Under the pieces are notes generated by a model. That model saw only the letters and a list, made by a program, of their open reading frames with translations. It had not been told where the DNA came from and made no database searches. Shown here piece after piece: positions 19,476 through 29,157 of a stretch of DNA of 64,000 nucleotides. The first letter of the stretch is position 1; every line of letters begins with the position of its first letter. A program made the position numbers and the translations under genes. Source of the stretch: Patescibacteria group bacterium (lineage in GTDB: Bacteria; Patescibacteriota; UBA1384; UBA12157; JAENIV01); contig JBEKTP010000007.1 of the NCBI GenBank assembly GCA_049515915.1, forward strand, positions 2,401-66,400, in the 5' to 3' direction.

Positions 19476-19538
19476 TTGACAGACTCCCAAATCCGCTCTT
19501 AAATTGTATCAGCGGTCTGTATCAGCGAGCTGATACAG
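19476..19538 (+). promoter_or_regulatory. sigma70-like promoter with downstream perfect palindrome (operator-like)
   Basis: TTGACA at 19476 and TAAATT at 19500. CTGTATCAGC-GA-GCTGATACAG at 19517-19538, plus an extra half-site TGTATCAGCG at 19505-19514. Confidence 0.55.
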
Positions 19539-19564
19539 AAAAAACAAAACTCAGGCAAAAAACA

Positions 19565-19747
19565 ATGACCCAAACAATCACTCCAAAACAAAAAGAAATC
19601 CTCCAATACCTCTATCAATACCGATTCCTCAATAGAATACAGATCTAAATATTGCCAAACCATAAACACCACCAGAGAATCAATAACTGGTTAAAAGACC
19701 TGAGTCAAAAGTAATCCATCGCTCAATCCGACAATAAAAGGTTCTAG
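19565..19747 (+). pseudogene. Replication-relaxation family (Replic_Relax-like) N-terminal remnant
   Basis: MTQTITPKQKEILQYLYQYRFLNRIQI*ILPNHKHHQRINNWLKDLSQK*SIAQSDNKRF*. In-frame TAA at 19646 and 19712, then truncated. Confidence 0.65.
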
Positions 19748-19893
19748 GCCAAAGTGTTCTGCTAGATAGCAAGCAAGCATAATTAACATTGGCTTGCTTT
19801 TTTTGTTGATCGCAACATATAGTAAAATCACGATAGGATAACTATTCTTTAATGTCTTATTTTCGCCTTACTAAAAGGAAGGGAAGCTAAAAC

Positions 19894-20580
19894 ATGAAAT
19901 TAGCGATATTGATCCCAGCATACGATGAAGAAAAAACAATCGGGCAGGTTTTAAAAAAAATACCCCAAAAACTGCCGCACATCGATGAAATCGAAGTTGT
20001 CGTTATCTCCGATGGCTCACATGATCAGACCGCCAATATTGCCATAAAACTTGGTGCCACCGTGATTGAACACGATTTAAATCGCGGTTTGGGAGGCGCC
20101 TTGGGTACCGGCTTTGAATACGCCAAAATCAATGATTTTGACTATTTACTAACCTTTGACGCTGACGGCCAGCACAACTACCGGGACATTTGGCCGGTCC
20201 TTCGGCCGATCGTCTATAAAAAGGCGGACGTTTCGATTGGTTCAAGACTAAAAGAACATAAAGGAATGCCTTGGCATCGAATGGTCGGCATCTGGGGTTT
20301 AAACCTTGTCACCTATCTTTTTTTCTGGGTTTGGACAACCGATTCACAATCCGGTCTCAGAGCTTTTTCTAAAAAAGCAATTCACTCGATTAATATTCAA
20401 GCCAATCGTATGGAAGTTTCCTCGGAGTTCTTCTATGAGGCCGGTAAAAAAAATTTGAAAATCACTGAAGTTTCAATCGAGAGCATTTACACTGATTATT
20501 CGCTTAATAAGGGGCAAAAAAGCATTAATGCTTTTAAAATTTTGGCCAAAATGGCCTACCGGCGATTTTTTAGCAAATAA
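19894..20580 (+). CDS. GT2 DPM1-like polyprenol-phosphate glycosyltransferase
   Basis: LIPAYDEE, SDGSHD, NRGLGGA, TFDADGQH and DSQSGLRA. Confidence 0.92.
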   Translation: MKLAILIPAYDEEKTIGQVLKKIPQKLPHIDEIEVVVISDGSHDQTANIAIKLGATVIEHDLNRGLGGALGTGFEYAKINDFDYLLTFDADGQHNYRDIWPVLRPIVYKKADVSIGSRLKEHKGMPWHRMVGIWGLNLVTYLFFWVWTTDSQSGLRAFSKKAIHSINIQANRMEVSSEFFYEAGKKNLKITEVSIESIYTDYSLNKGQKSINAFKILAKMAYRRFFSK

Positions 20581-20629
20581 TGAATTCTTTTACCACAAAA
20601 CAACACAAATAAATTAAAGGGTTGTTAAA

Positions 20630-21022
20630 TTGAATACCAACATTTTTCATGGTTTAGCCTTAGTCAAAACTTTGTTTACGATTTTCGCTTTATTTGCTTG
20701 GTCACGAGCGGTGATTAGGTTTTACGCCAAAGACCTCAATATTAAAGAGCTGATTTTTTGGACCTTGGTCTGGCTTTTAATGATCGTGCTGGTTTTTATT
20801 CCAGGCAAAACGAACTTTTTTGCCCGACTTTTAGGAATAGACCGCGGCAACGACGCGATGTTCTTTTTAGCGATCGTCGCTCTTTTCTACGCCACGTATC
20901 GTCTCTATGTTAAAAGTAACGAAGCCGAGAAGGAAATTACCCGCTTAGTCAGAGCGCTAGCCTTAAAAAATGTTTTTAAAAAGAAAGGCAAAAGGAGGGC
21001 GATAAAGAGAAGGTTGGGATGA
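20630..21022 (+). CDS. DUF2304 family membrane protein
   Basis: 3 TM, ARLLGIDRG and EITRLVRALAL. Typical partner of DPM-like GT2. Confidence 0.88.
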   Translation: MNTNIFHGLALVKTLFTIFALFAWSRAVIRFYAKDLNIKELIFWTLVWLLMIVLVFIPGKTNFFARLLGIDRGNDAMFFLAIVALFYATYRLYVKSNEAEKEITRLVRALALKNVFKKKGKRRAIKRRLG

Positions 21023-22233
21023 AAGTACTCCTTATCACCCAGTGGTATAAACCAATCAAAGGTGCAGTTAAAAGGATGGCCCGCATAGCCGATCATCTGG
21101 CCGAAAAGGGACACGAAGTCACCGTCTTAACTGGCTTTCCCTCGAAACCGACCGGAATTTTACCTCCCCAATATCGGTGGAAACTTTGGGCCAAGGAGAC
21201 CGATGGTAAGGTCAAAATCTTGCGCACTTATGAATTCCCCGCCCCAAACAGGGGTATCTTAAAACGGCTTTTAAATTATTTTTCTTTTATGGTCTCGGCT
21301 TCGATAGCTTCTTTAGTTTTACCAAAGCATGAGGTTGTCATTGTGAGTTCCCCTTCTTTTTTCGCCGGCCTTCCGGGAATTTTGGCTAGTACAATTTATA
21401 AATCAAAATTTTTCTTTGATGTCCGCGACCTTTGGCCAGATTCGGCCGTTGATATGGGAATGGCCAAACAAGGTAGCTGGACTATCAAGATAATGGAATA
21501 TTTCGAAAAACTCTATTACCGAAAAGCCACCAAAATTACCACCGCGACACCAGCCATCAGAGATCATATCATCAGCGAAGGGGTGCCGGAAAATAAAGTC
21601 GAACTTCTTTTAAACAGCACCGACACCAATTTTTTTAAACCCGAGAAAGTCAACCGAAGAAAATATCATTTTTCAGACGACGATTTTATCGCCTGCTACA
21701 CCGGCTCGATGAGCGCCATTCAGGATTTAGACACCTTGATTAAAGCCGCTTTTAAGCTCAAAAAATACCCGAAAATCAAATTTCTTTTTGTCGGCGAAGG
21801 TGAAGAAAAAGAAAAACTTATCTATCAAGCCAAAAAACTTCGGCTGATAAATTGTGTCTTTTTACCCCAGCAAGAACCGGCTCAAGTCGTTAAATTAATC
21901 AATTTATCTGATATTGGCCTTGTGCCAATTCTTAATACAAAAGTCTTTCAAGAAGCCATGCCTTCAAAATCAAGCGAATATTTTGCCTGCGGTAAACCGG
22001 TGATCGCCTCGGTCAAGGGAGCTTTAAAGGAGATTATCGAAAAAGAAAAAATTGGGTCGATTTATGCCGGCGGTGACGAGACCGGAGCAGCTCAAGCCAT
22101 TCTTAAACTTTTTCAAAAACGCCGAGAACTCAAAAATATGGGCCGGAAAGCTCGTGATGTTGCCTTAAAAAAATTCTCCGATCAAGTTTTCTTTCGAACG
22201 CTCGACAAAATATTAGAAATCGCTCGCGTTTAA
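21019..22233 (+). CDS. GT4 glycosyltransferase (WbuB-like)
   Basis: GHEVTVLTGFP, RLLNYFSF, DVRDLWPDS and PSKSSEYFACGKP. Confidence 0.92.
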   Translation: MKVLLITQWYKPIKGAVKRMARIADHLAEKGHEVTVLTGFPSKPTGILPPQYRWKLWAKETDGKVKILRTYEFPAPNRGILKRLLNYFSFMVSASIASLVLPKHEVVIVSSPSFFAGLPGILASTIYKSKFFFDVRDLWPDSAVDMGMAKQGSWTIKIMEYFEKLYYRKATKITTATPAIRDHIISEGVPENKVELLLNSTDTNFFKPEKVNRRKYHFSDDDFIACYTGSMSAIQDLDTLIKAAFKLKKYPKIKFLFVGEGEEKEKLIYQAKKLRLINCVFLPQQEPAQVVKLINLSDIGLVPILNTKVFQEAMPSKSSEYFACGKPVIASVKGALKEIIEKEKIGSIYAGGDETGAAQAILKLFQKRRELKNMGRKARDVALKKFSDQVFFRTLDKILEIARV

Positions 22234-22799
22234 GGCCGGTAAATGTAAGCCAGTAAATAGGTCATGCCATAGGCGAAAACCGAAAGAATAATGCCGTAAA
22301 TTAAAGCCCGAATGGCTAAATAAAGATAAACTTTTCGAGGAATGTTGGAATATTTCGTCAGATTGTAGGTTTCGGTAATGTAGGCGTTGTAGATTTTATT
22401 TTCGTCGCCCATGGCCTCATAAACATTTTTTTGGTACTCATCCAAAGCCATCGAATCAATGTAATGATGGTAAAAAAGACTTTCTTTTTGGCCTTTTTTA
22501 GCCATAAACCGCGGTGGTTTTAAGGCCACGATCGCCAAAGCGAGCGACACGCCAAAAGCGAGCATGGGGATTAAAAAGACAATACTGTTGCCGACGGTGT
22601 CCTGAAAACGGGTCACAAAAAAGACAATCAAAGCGGAATTAAAACCGATAATGATATTGGCCCGCATGTCCAGCATATTACGGATTTCGTTTTGTTTACT
22701 CAAAAGATCGGAAACAAACGTAATTTTTTCTAAGACGCCAAAACCCCGCTTGAAATCTTTCTCGAGTTCTTTTTCGGCCACTTTCAATTCACCATTCAT
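22230..22799 (-). CDS. Pycsar effector-like (DUF5706/PycTM) membrane protein
   Basis: D-x-R/K-A plus 2 TM (LDMRANIIIGFNS), P-R after TM2, SLFYHHYI, a helical region and K plus TM3. Confidence 0.7.
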   Translation of the reverse strand: MNGELKVAEKELEKDFKRGFGVLEKITFVSDLLSKQNEIRNMLDMRANIIIGFNSALIVFFVTRFQDTVGNSIVFLIPMLAFGVSLALAIVALKPPRFMAKKGQKESLFYHHYIDSMALDEYQKNVYEAMGDENKIYNAYITETYNLTKYSNIPRKVYLYLAIRALIYGIILSVFAYGMTYLLAYIYRP

Positions 22800-22842
22800 T
22801 TCCCCTCGCTTTTATTATACATCGGCGCGTGATTGAAGCCAA

Positions 22843-25023
22843 CTATAAATTCGCCTTTTTGACTAAATATATTGCGGTTTGATTCTTATTATAGATCTTT
22901 GTTAAATAGATAGGATAAGAATCAAACATTTGAGGGTTATAAACCTCGGTATGAACCAGGAGGATATAATCGATATTCCCCTGTTCTAACAACGGAATTT
23001 TTTGACTAAAATCCACTGACGGATCATAAATCGTCTGATAGGCCGCTAACTCCGGACTTTGAGGGTAGCCAACGATAAATTGATCAAACAAAGATGCGAA
23101 CATCGTGGCGTGACCAGAAAAGACCAAAAATACTGATTTGGGCGGCAGATTATTCCTTATAAAATTATAACCATCTTGGCCGCCAAAAGTTGTTATGTCC
23201 ACCAAACGATCTCGGATGATTTGTGGCGAAGCAAAAGCGGTTTTTGAATTAATAAGCGATAGATTACCTCGCCAACTCGGAATAATGGTTAAAAAGAAAA
23301 TTATTAAAAGGAGCGCGACCGAAAGGTGATGCTGGCTTTCGAGTTTTTCGAGCCCGTTTTTCAACCGAGTAGAGAAGTGTTGCCAAATCAAAAGCCCTGC
23401 CGATATAACCGTTAAAACAATAATTGCCCAGGTTAGATGAGCGTAAAACCAATTGGCGACTGGTTGAGTCCAAATCAAATAAAAATCTGGCGGATTTTTG
23501 CCAAATTGCAGCCAAATTAAGATGCCGGCGGCCAAAGCGAGAAAAACATTGAGTAACATCTTAAGCAATCGCGTTTTGACCAAATCAAAAAACCGGTCAA
23601 ATATCATGATCAAAAAGCCGAGGGCCAAAGCCCAAAAAAGAAACGGCCAGGTGACATTTTGAGGAATTCGATCTAAAAAGACACTTCCGATATTGGGCAA
23701 CCGGACAATAAATTGCTGAACAGCGTGAATACTAATTAAAGGCACAACCAAGAGGCTGGCTAAAATAAAGCTGACGCGCGGATTTTGCCGATTAAACCAT
23801 AAAAGCGGCGGCACAAACAGCAAGAATGTCCAGTCCATTTTATAGACCAGACTTCTCGGCGTATTGAAAAATAAATTGATGTTTTCGGAAACAAAATGAC
23901 TTTTAAGTTGTAAAATAACTAGCACGATAAAGATTGCCGAAAGATTGATCGCGACAAGAAGAAGAATCTTTTTCAGATCGTCCCAAAAATTCTTTCGCCA
24001 AAAATTACAAACCAGGTAGGCGAGAGCGAAGGTAATAATAATCGCCAGATAATAAAAATATTGCACGGCGTGAATTAAACCGATAAAAAGGGAAAGAGTC
24101 AGGATTATACCCAGGATTTTATAGTTTATTTTTTTGTTAAAAATAAATTTTAAGGAAATTCCTACCAGCAATGGCAGCATCAGAACTTGATTTAAGGTGT
24201 CAGGAACAGTCAAGCGCGTAAAAATATAACCGGCTTGATTGCTCATAAAACTGAGAAAGAAAAATACGGCGATAAACGCCCAGAGACGCGATTGGAGAAT
24301 CAGACGAAAAATAAAATACCACGCCAAAATCGTCAATAAAAATAATGGCGCAACCATCAGGTACCAACCGCCAAAAACGTTAAGATTCTCAATCTTGGAA
24401 ACTAACGCCACGAAAACATGCCAGATAGGAAAGCCGTACGCGATATGAAGAGTATTTTTGACAAAACTAAGATTATCAATCGAAAGGGCTTGTCCACTGA
24501 TGGCTTTTTGGACATACGACAGATGAAAAAGTGGATCGCCTTTAAAATTAGATCCTTGAGCGCTGATGAGTAGAAAATAAGCGCCTGTAACGAGACCAAA
24601 AATTAAGATTGGTAAGTTTTTAGCGTGAAAAACTTTGCGGTAATTAAAAGAAAATTCTTTTGGATTTCGACCGTACAAATCTTTTAAAAACGCCGCTAAA
24701 AACAATCCTCCCATTAAGATAAGATAAACTATCAGCAAGGTATTGATCGTTAAAGAAGTCAAAATCGAAAGAGAAATCAATAAAAAAGCGTAGACAAAAC
24801 CAATGCTGGAATAAAGAACCAACCGTTCCGATAACCCCTTTAAATCAAAATTGAACAACCTCGCCAAACTAAAACCGGGTAAAATCAACAGCAACAAAAA
24901 GGTTATTGAGAAAGTGATAAAATTAGTACTAATAAAAATCCGGAAGGCAAGCGCCAAAAATATCCAAGAAACCAAAACAGTATAAGCAAAAAGTAATTTT
25001 TTGGCTTTAAAAAAACTTCTCAT
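22843..25023 (-). CDS. Large polytopic membrane protein, GT-C-like
   Basis: LLILPG N-terminal TM pair, GDPLFH, YGFPIWH, many TMs and a soluble C-terminal 'IDYILL' domain. Confidence 0.65.
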   Translation of the reverse strand: MRSFFKAKKLLFAYTVLVSWIFLALAFRIFISTNFITFSITFLLLLILPGFSLARLFNFDLKGLSERLVLYSSIGFVYAFLLISLSILTSLTINTLLIVYLILMGGLFLAAFLKDLYGRNPKEFSFNYRKVFHAKNLPILIFGLVTGAYFLLISAQGSNFKGDPLFHLSYVQKAISGQALSIDNLSFVKNTLHIAYGFPIWHVFVALVSKIENLNVFGGWYLMVAPLFLLTILAWYFIFRLILQSRLWAFIAVFFFLSFMSNQAGYIFTRLTVPDTLNQVLMLPLLVGISLKFIFNKKINYKILGIILTLSLFIGLIHAVQYFYYLAIIITFALAYLVCNFWRKNFWDDLKKILLLVAINLSAIFIVLVILQLKSHFVSENINLFFNTPRSLVYKMDWTFLLFVPPLLWFNRQNPRVSFILASLLVVPLISIHAVQQFIVRLPNIGSVFLDRIPQNVTWPFLFWALALGFLIMIFDRFFDLVKTRLLKMLLNVFLALAAGILIWLQFGKNPPDFYLIWTQPVANWFYAHLTWAIIVLTVISAGLLIWQHFSTRLKNGLEKLESQHHLSVALLLIIFFLTIIPSWRGNLSLINSKTAFASPQIIRDRLVDITTFGGQDGYNFIRNNLPPKSVFLVFSGHATMFASLFDQFIVGYPQSPELAAYQTIYDPSVDFSQKIPLLEQGNIDYILLVHTEVYNPQMFDSYPIYLTKIYNKNQTAIYLVKKANL

Positions 25024-25110
25024 TGGTTACCCTAAAATTAAGAAATGAGATCTTTAATCTCTTTTTATCATAGCACAAAATTTATTGGGACTAAAAAACG
25101 GAATGTAAAT

Positions 25111-26190
25111 TTATCGGTTTTTTAGAAATCTATAAATAATTTGAGTGATCTTGGTATAACTTTTCCCATCCCCTAAAAAATTAGGGTGATTTTTGGGTTC
25201 AGGAAAGTTCCTAGAAAGTCGGACAATCTTATTTATGTTGGTGCCGGCCAGTCGGTTCCAGCCGGCCGCGACAGTTTCGATCCATTCAGTCTGTTCTCGC
25301 AGGGTCACGCACGGCACATAATCCAAATAAGCTTCTTTCTGGACACCGCCAGAATCGGTCAGAATCAATGAAGCGTTTGCTTCCAGAGCAATCATGTCAA
25401 AGAACCCGACGGGCTTAATCAGCCGAATTATAGGGTAATGAGAAATAAGTATATCGAGTTTATACTCTTTAAGATAATTGACCGTTCTCGGATGCACCGG
25501 GAAGATTATCGTTTGACCGAGTTCTATCAAAGCCTTGATAATATTTTCCAAATTTTTGCGCCGATCAGTGTTTTCTGCCCGATGAACCGTCGCCAATATA
25601 TAGTTTTTCGGTTTTAAGTTATATTTCTTCAAAGTTTTGACATTTGACATTTGAGCTTTTAGCTTTAACTGGATATCCGCCATCACATCGCCCGTAAAAT
25701 AAACGCCTTGAGTAATTCCTTCGCCTTTAAGAATTTTAACTGAAGATTGGGTGGGGCAAAAAAGCAAATCAGAAACGTGATCGGTTACCACGCGATTGAT
25801 TTCTTCGGGCATTTGGCGGTTATAAGACCTCATTCCCGCCTCGACGTGAGCGACCGGAATATGAAGTTTGGCCGCCGCCAATGATCCAGCCACCGTCGAA
25901 TTTGTATCGCCGTAGACTAAGACCAGATCCGGTTTTTCTTTAAGCAAAACCGCCTCAATTTTTTGGAGCATTTTGCCCGTCTGGACGCCATGCGAATCCG
26001 AGCCGACACCGAGATTATAATCCGGCTTTTTGATCTTCAGTTCCTTAATAAAAATGTCTGACATGTTAAAATCATAATGCTGGCCGGTATGAACAATAAT
26101 TTCTCGGGCAATTTTCTTCAGCGCCTGCGAGATTAAAGGCGTTTTGATCAATTGAGGCCGCGCGCCGACAATGGTAACAATTTTTTTCAT
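25111..26190 (-). CDS. wecB: Non-hydrolysing UDP-GlcNAc 2-epimerase (WecB/WbpI-like)
   Basis: GARPQLIK, HTGQHYD, GDTNS, HVEAGMRS, HRAEN and TDSGGVQKEA. Confidence 0.93.
   Translation of the reverse strand: MKKIVTIVGARPQLIKTPLISQALKKIAREIIVHTGQHYDFNMSDIFIKELKIKKPDYNLGVGSDSHGVQTGKMLQKIEAVLLKEKPDLVLVYGDTNSTVAGSLAAAKLHIPVAHVEAGMRSYNRQMPEEINRVVTDHVSDLLFCPTQSSVKILKGEGITQGVYFTGDVMADIQLKLKAQMSNVKTLKKYNLKPKNYILATVHRAENTDRRKNLENIIKALIELGQTIIFPVHPRTVNYLKEYKLDILISHYPIIRLIKPVGFFDMIALEANASLILTDSGGVQKEAYLDYVPCVTLREQTEWIETVAAGWNRLAGTNINKIVRLSRNFPEPKNHPNFLGDGKSYTKITQIIYRFLKNR
25632..25666. repeat. In-frame heptamer tandem array
   Basis: aagtttt gacattt gacattt gagcttt tagcttt; encodes KLKAQMSNVKT. Confidence 0.7.
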
Positions 26191-28106
26191 AGATTATCCC
26201 CTGGTTTAACTCGAGCTGAAGAGTCAATAAAAGTTCTAAACCAAATTTCCAAGTTATATAATCGCCAAAAAAATCGGTAGTCTCCCGTCTTATCGCTGAG
26301 AAAATCCTCGAATGATTGTTTAACTTTTAGAGAGTTAAAATATCCTCGAGAGCGGAAACTTTCTGAAGCAAAGACCTTTTTGAATTCTTGGGCTAAATTT
26401 TCCTTGATCCATTTTTTTTCAGGGGTCTCAAAACCGATTTTGTCAGGCCGGTTCTTAATCTTTTCCGGCAATATTCCCGCCAGGGCTTCTCTCATAATCC
26501 ATTTTGTCTTCCCGGAACGGATTTTTTGGGAATGAGGTAAAGAGTATAAATATTCAACTAACCGGTAGTCCAAAAATGGCACCCGCGATTCGATTGCAAA
26601 GGCCATCGAGTTACGATCTTCATAACGCAGAAGAGACGCTAGCCCGACCTTGGCCGAAGTGTAAAGAGCGTTTCTAAATACATCCCCGGTTGGACGAAGC
26701 GAATAATTATGATGATATTTTTGTTGGAAGACCGGATCAAAAATCTCAAATTCCTTTTGGTGTTTACGATAACGGGAAGCCAGTGTTTTTCCTAAAACCC
26801 CTCGGCTTAAAAGGCTATTGGTAAAATCCCTGAAGGCAAACTTATTGGCCGAGAAATCATAGGCCATCAACCCTTTGGCAAAATCGATCAATTGGAAACT
26901 CTTAAACATTTGAAGAAGAAAAATCTCCCGATAAAAAAGATAGCCAGCCATAAATTCATCGGATCCTTGGCCATCAAGCATCACCTTGACTCTATGCTGG
27001 GCCGCCAAACGAAAAACATCCCATTGGGCGTAAATACTCGTCGAGCCGAAAGGCGTATCCTGATGCCAAACGAGTTTTTCAATTTCATCAGCAAGCTTGG
27101 CCCCTGAAGGTTTGACAAAAAAAGATTGGGCATGGGTTTTCCGAATCACCTCTCGGATGTAAGGAGTCTCATCATAACGGGGATATTTTTTTGAGTCGTA
27201 GACCGCCGAAAATGTTGTCTGCCACTTGCCAACCTGTTTCGTATTTTCATCTTTGAGATACTTATTAACGACACAAACTATCGCCGAGGAATCTAAGCCG
27301 CCCGAGAGACAACTCCCGATTGGGACATCGCTTCTTAAGCGTAATTTTATTGAATCGAAAAAGAGTTCGCGGAATTTTTCCTGGTAATCGCGATCGTTAG
27401 AAAAACGGGTGGTTTTTTGATGATCGAGATCCCACCATTGCTCAATTTTGATTTTATCGTTTTGGATGGTAAAACAATGGCCGGCGCGCAAATCTTTAAT
27501 CCCGGCAAACATTGTTTCTTCCGTATGATCAACTAAGCCGTTTTGCATTAAATAATCCCACACGATTTTATCGTTGGGTTTGGCTTTGATATTCGAATGG
27601 GCCAGCAGCGCCTTGATTTCGGAAGCAAAAATGAAAATATTTTTATCGTGAAAGTAATAAAGCGGCTTGACCCCCAGCCGATCGCGGGCACCAAAAAGCA
27701 CTCGCCTTCTTCGATCATAGATAACAAAAGCCCACATTCCATTAAAATGATCTAAACACCTAGCGCCCCACTCCTTGTAAGCCGCTAAAATAACCTCGGT
27801 ATCGCTTTGCGATTTAAATTGATAACCCTTATCTAAAAGCTCTTCACGAATTTCAAGATAATTATAGACTTCGCCGTTAAAAACGATGACTAAATTACCG
27901 CGATCGTAAAACATCGGTTGATGACCCAAAGGAGAGAGATCTAAAATCGAGAGGCGACGATGACCAAGTGCCAAATCATTGGTGACGAGAATCCCTTCAT
28001 CATCTGGACCGCGATGAATAATTGTCTCGGTCATTTTCTTAATGATTTTCCGATTTTCAGGATGTCGTTTCCTATCCAAGTTGTAGATTCCGGTAATGCC
28101 ACACAT
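26187..28106 (-). CDS. asnB: Asparagine synthase (glutamine-hydrolysing)-like amidotransferase, likely glycan amidation
   Basis: MCGI, HRGPD, GHRRLSILD, FNGEVYNY, LSGGLDSS, GQGSDE and ESRVPFLD. Confidence 0.93.
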   Translation of the reverse strand: MCGITGIYNLDRKRHPENRKIIKKMTETIIHRGPDDEGILVTNDLALGHRRLSILDLSPLGHQPMFYDRGNLVIVFNGEVYNYLEIREELLDKGYQFKSQSDTEVILAAYKEWGARCLDHFNGMWAFVIYDRRRRVLFGARDRLGVKPLYYFHDKNIFIFASEIKALLAHSNIKAKPNDKIVWDYLMQNGLVDHTEETMFAGIKDLRAGHCFTIQNDKIKIEQWWDLDHQKTTRFSNDRDYQEKFRELFFDSIKLRLRSDVPIGSCLSGGLDSSAIVCVVNKYLKDENTKQVGKWQTTFSAVYDSKKYPRYDETPYIREVIRKTHAQSFFVKPSGAKLADEIEKLVWHQDTPFGSTSIYAQWDVFRLAAQHRVKVMLDGQGSDEFMAGYLFYREIFLLQMFKSFQLIDFAKGLMAYDFSANKFAFRDFTNSLLSRGVLGKTLASRYRKHQKEFEIFDPVFQQKYHHNYSLRPTGDVFRNALYTSAKVGLASLLRYEDRNSMAFAIESRVPFLDYRLVEYLYSLPHSQKIRSGKTKWIMREALAGILPEKIKNRPDKIGFETPEKKWIKENLAQEFKKVFASESFRSRGYFNSLKVKQSFEDFLSDKTGDYRFFWRLYNLEIWFRTFIDSSARVKPGDNL

Positions 28107-28119
28107 TTTTTATTTCCGG

Positions 28120-29157
28120 CTAGATACTTTCATATATCGCTTGCCACTTTTTAGCAATAATCTTCGGGGAATAATTTCTGAGGACGTATTGACGACTTTT
28201 TCGGCCAATAATAACCAGTTCATCAAGATTGGACAGGACTTTTTTTAAGACACTATAAATTGTGTCCGGGTCAGCCGAAATAATCGGCAAATCCTTAGGG
28301 TAATATTGTCTTAAGTCAGCTCGAAGATAGCAAATAACAATCTTACCGTAGAGCATACCTTCATAAGAGACCACACTCAGGGCACCCATTAATAATTGAT
28401 CCACCACAATATCGGCTCGGCGATAGAAAAGACCGATATCTTGATGGGGCTGTTTCTCAACGATCAATAGTTCAACCGGAAATTTTTCTCTTTTTAGCCG
28501 CTTAACCGCTTTAACTAAATACTTCGTTCCTTTAATTTTTCGATCGGTTGGGGCATGCATAATGATGATTTTTTTATGGTGATTTTCAGGATTTTTCTTT
28601 GATTGAATACTGGTCGGGACAAGATTATAAATTAACTTTGCTCCCGGCGCAAATTCTAATAAATCAGGGGTTACGACGGTAATTTGATCAGTCCAAAGCT
28701 TAATCCAAAAAGTTCGCCAGATTTTCTTATATCGAAGAAATATTGTCTCGCCTCGATTTTGAGCAAAAAGAGTATTTGCTTGAGTTTTATGAAATTTATA
28801 ACTTAAACGAAGATCATCGCCATCAAAGTTCATCACCATTTTTTTGCCGGAGAACTTTAAAATCGGAAGATCAATATTCCATGGCAACAAAGATTGTCCT
28901 TGACGAAAATGATAAATATCATAATTTCTCGAACGTATGAAATTACCAAATATCCTCACGGCGGCCTTAAACCAACTGACCCGATTAATTTCTAAATTAA
29001 TATCTGATCGAAATTGAAAATCCCCTTCGATAAAATTAAGAGTAGTGACCCTGTAGCCAAGTTTTTCTAAAGCCACTTTTAAATCAAAATTGAGTCCGCT
29101 GTCGAGCGGCCCAAGCAGAATTCTTTTTTTTCTATATTGAGCCGATAACTTTTTCAT
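28120..29157 (-). CDS. GT-B glycosyltransferase-like protein
   Basis: HAPTDRKIKGT, ADIVVDQL and EGMLYGK. Paralog of 44018-45094. Confidence 0.8.
   Translation of the reverse strand: MKKLSAQYRKKRILLGPLDSGLNFDLKVALEKLGYRVTTLNFIEGDFQFRSDINLEINRVSWFKAAVRIFGNFIRSRNYDIYHFRQGQSLLPWNIDLPILKFSGKKMVMNFDGDDLRLSYKFHKTQANTLFAQNRGETIFLRYKKIWRTFWIKLWTDQITVVTPDLLEFAPGAKLIYNLVPTSIQSKKNPENHHKKIIIMHAPTDRKIKGTKYLVKAVKRLKREKFPVELLIVEKQPHQDIGLFYRRADIVVDQLLMGALSVVSYEGMLYGKIVICYLRADLRQYYPKDLPIISADPDTIYSVLKKVLSNLDELVIIGRKSRQYVLRNYSPKIIAKKWQAIYESI

Noticed and set aside
19646-19714. Stop-codon read-through or an alternative genetic code explaining the in-frame TAAs
   Set aside because: TAA, TAG and TGA all end intact genes here, and the frame is truncated anyway, so a pseudogene is the simpler explanation.
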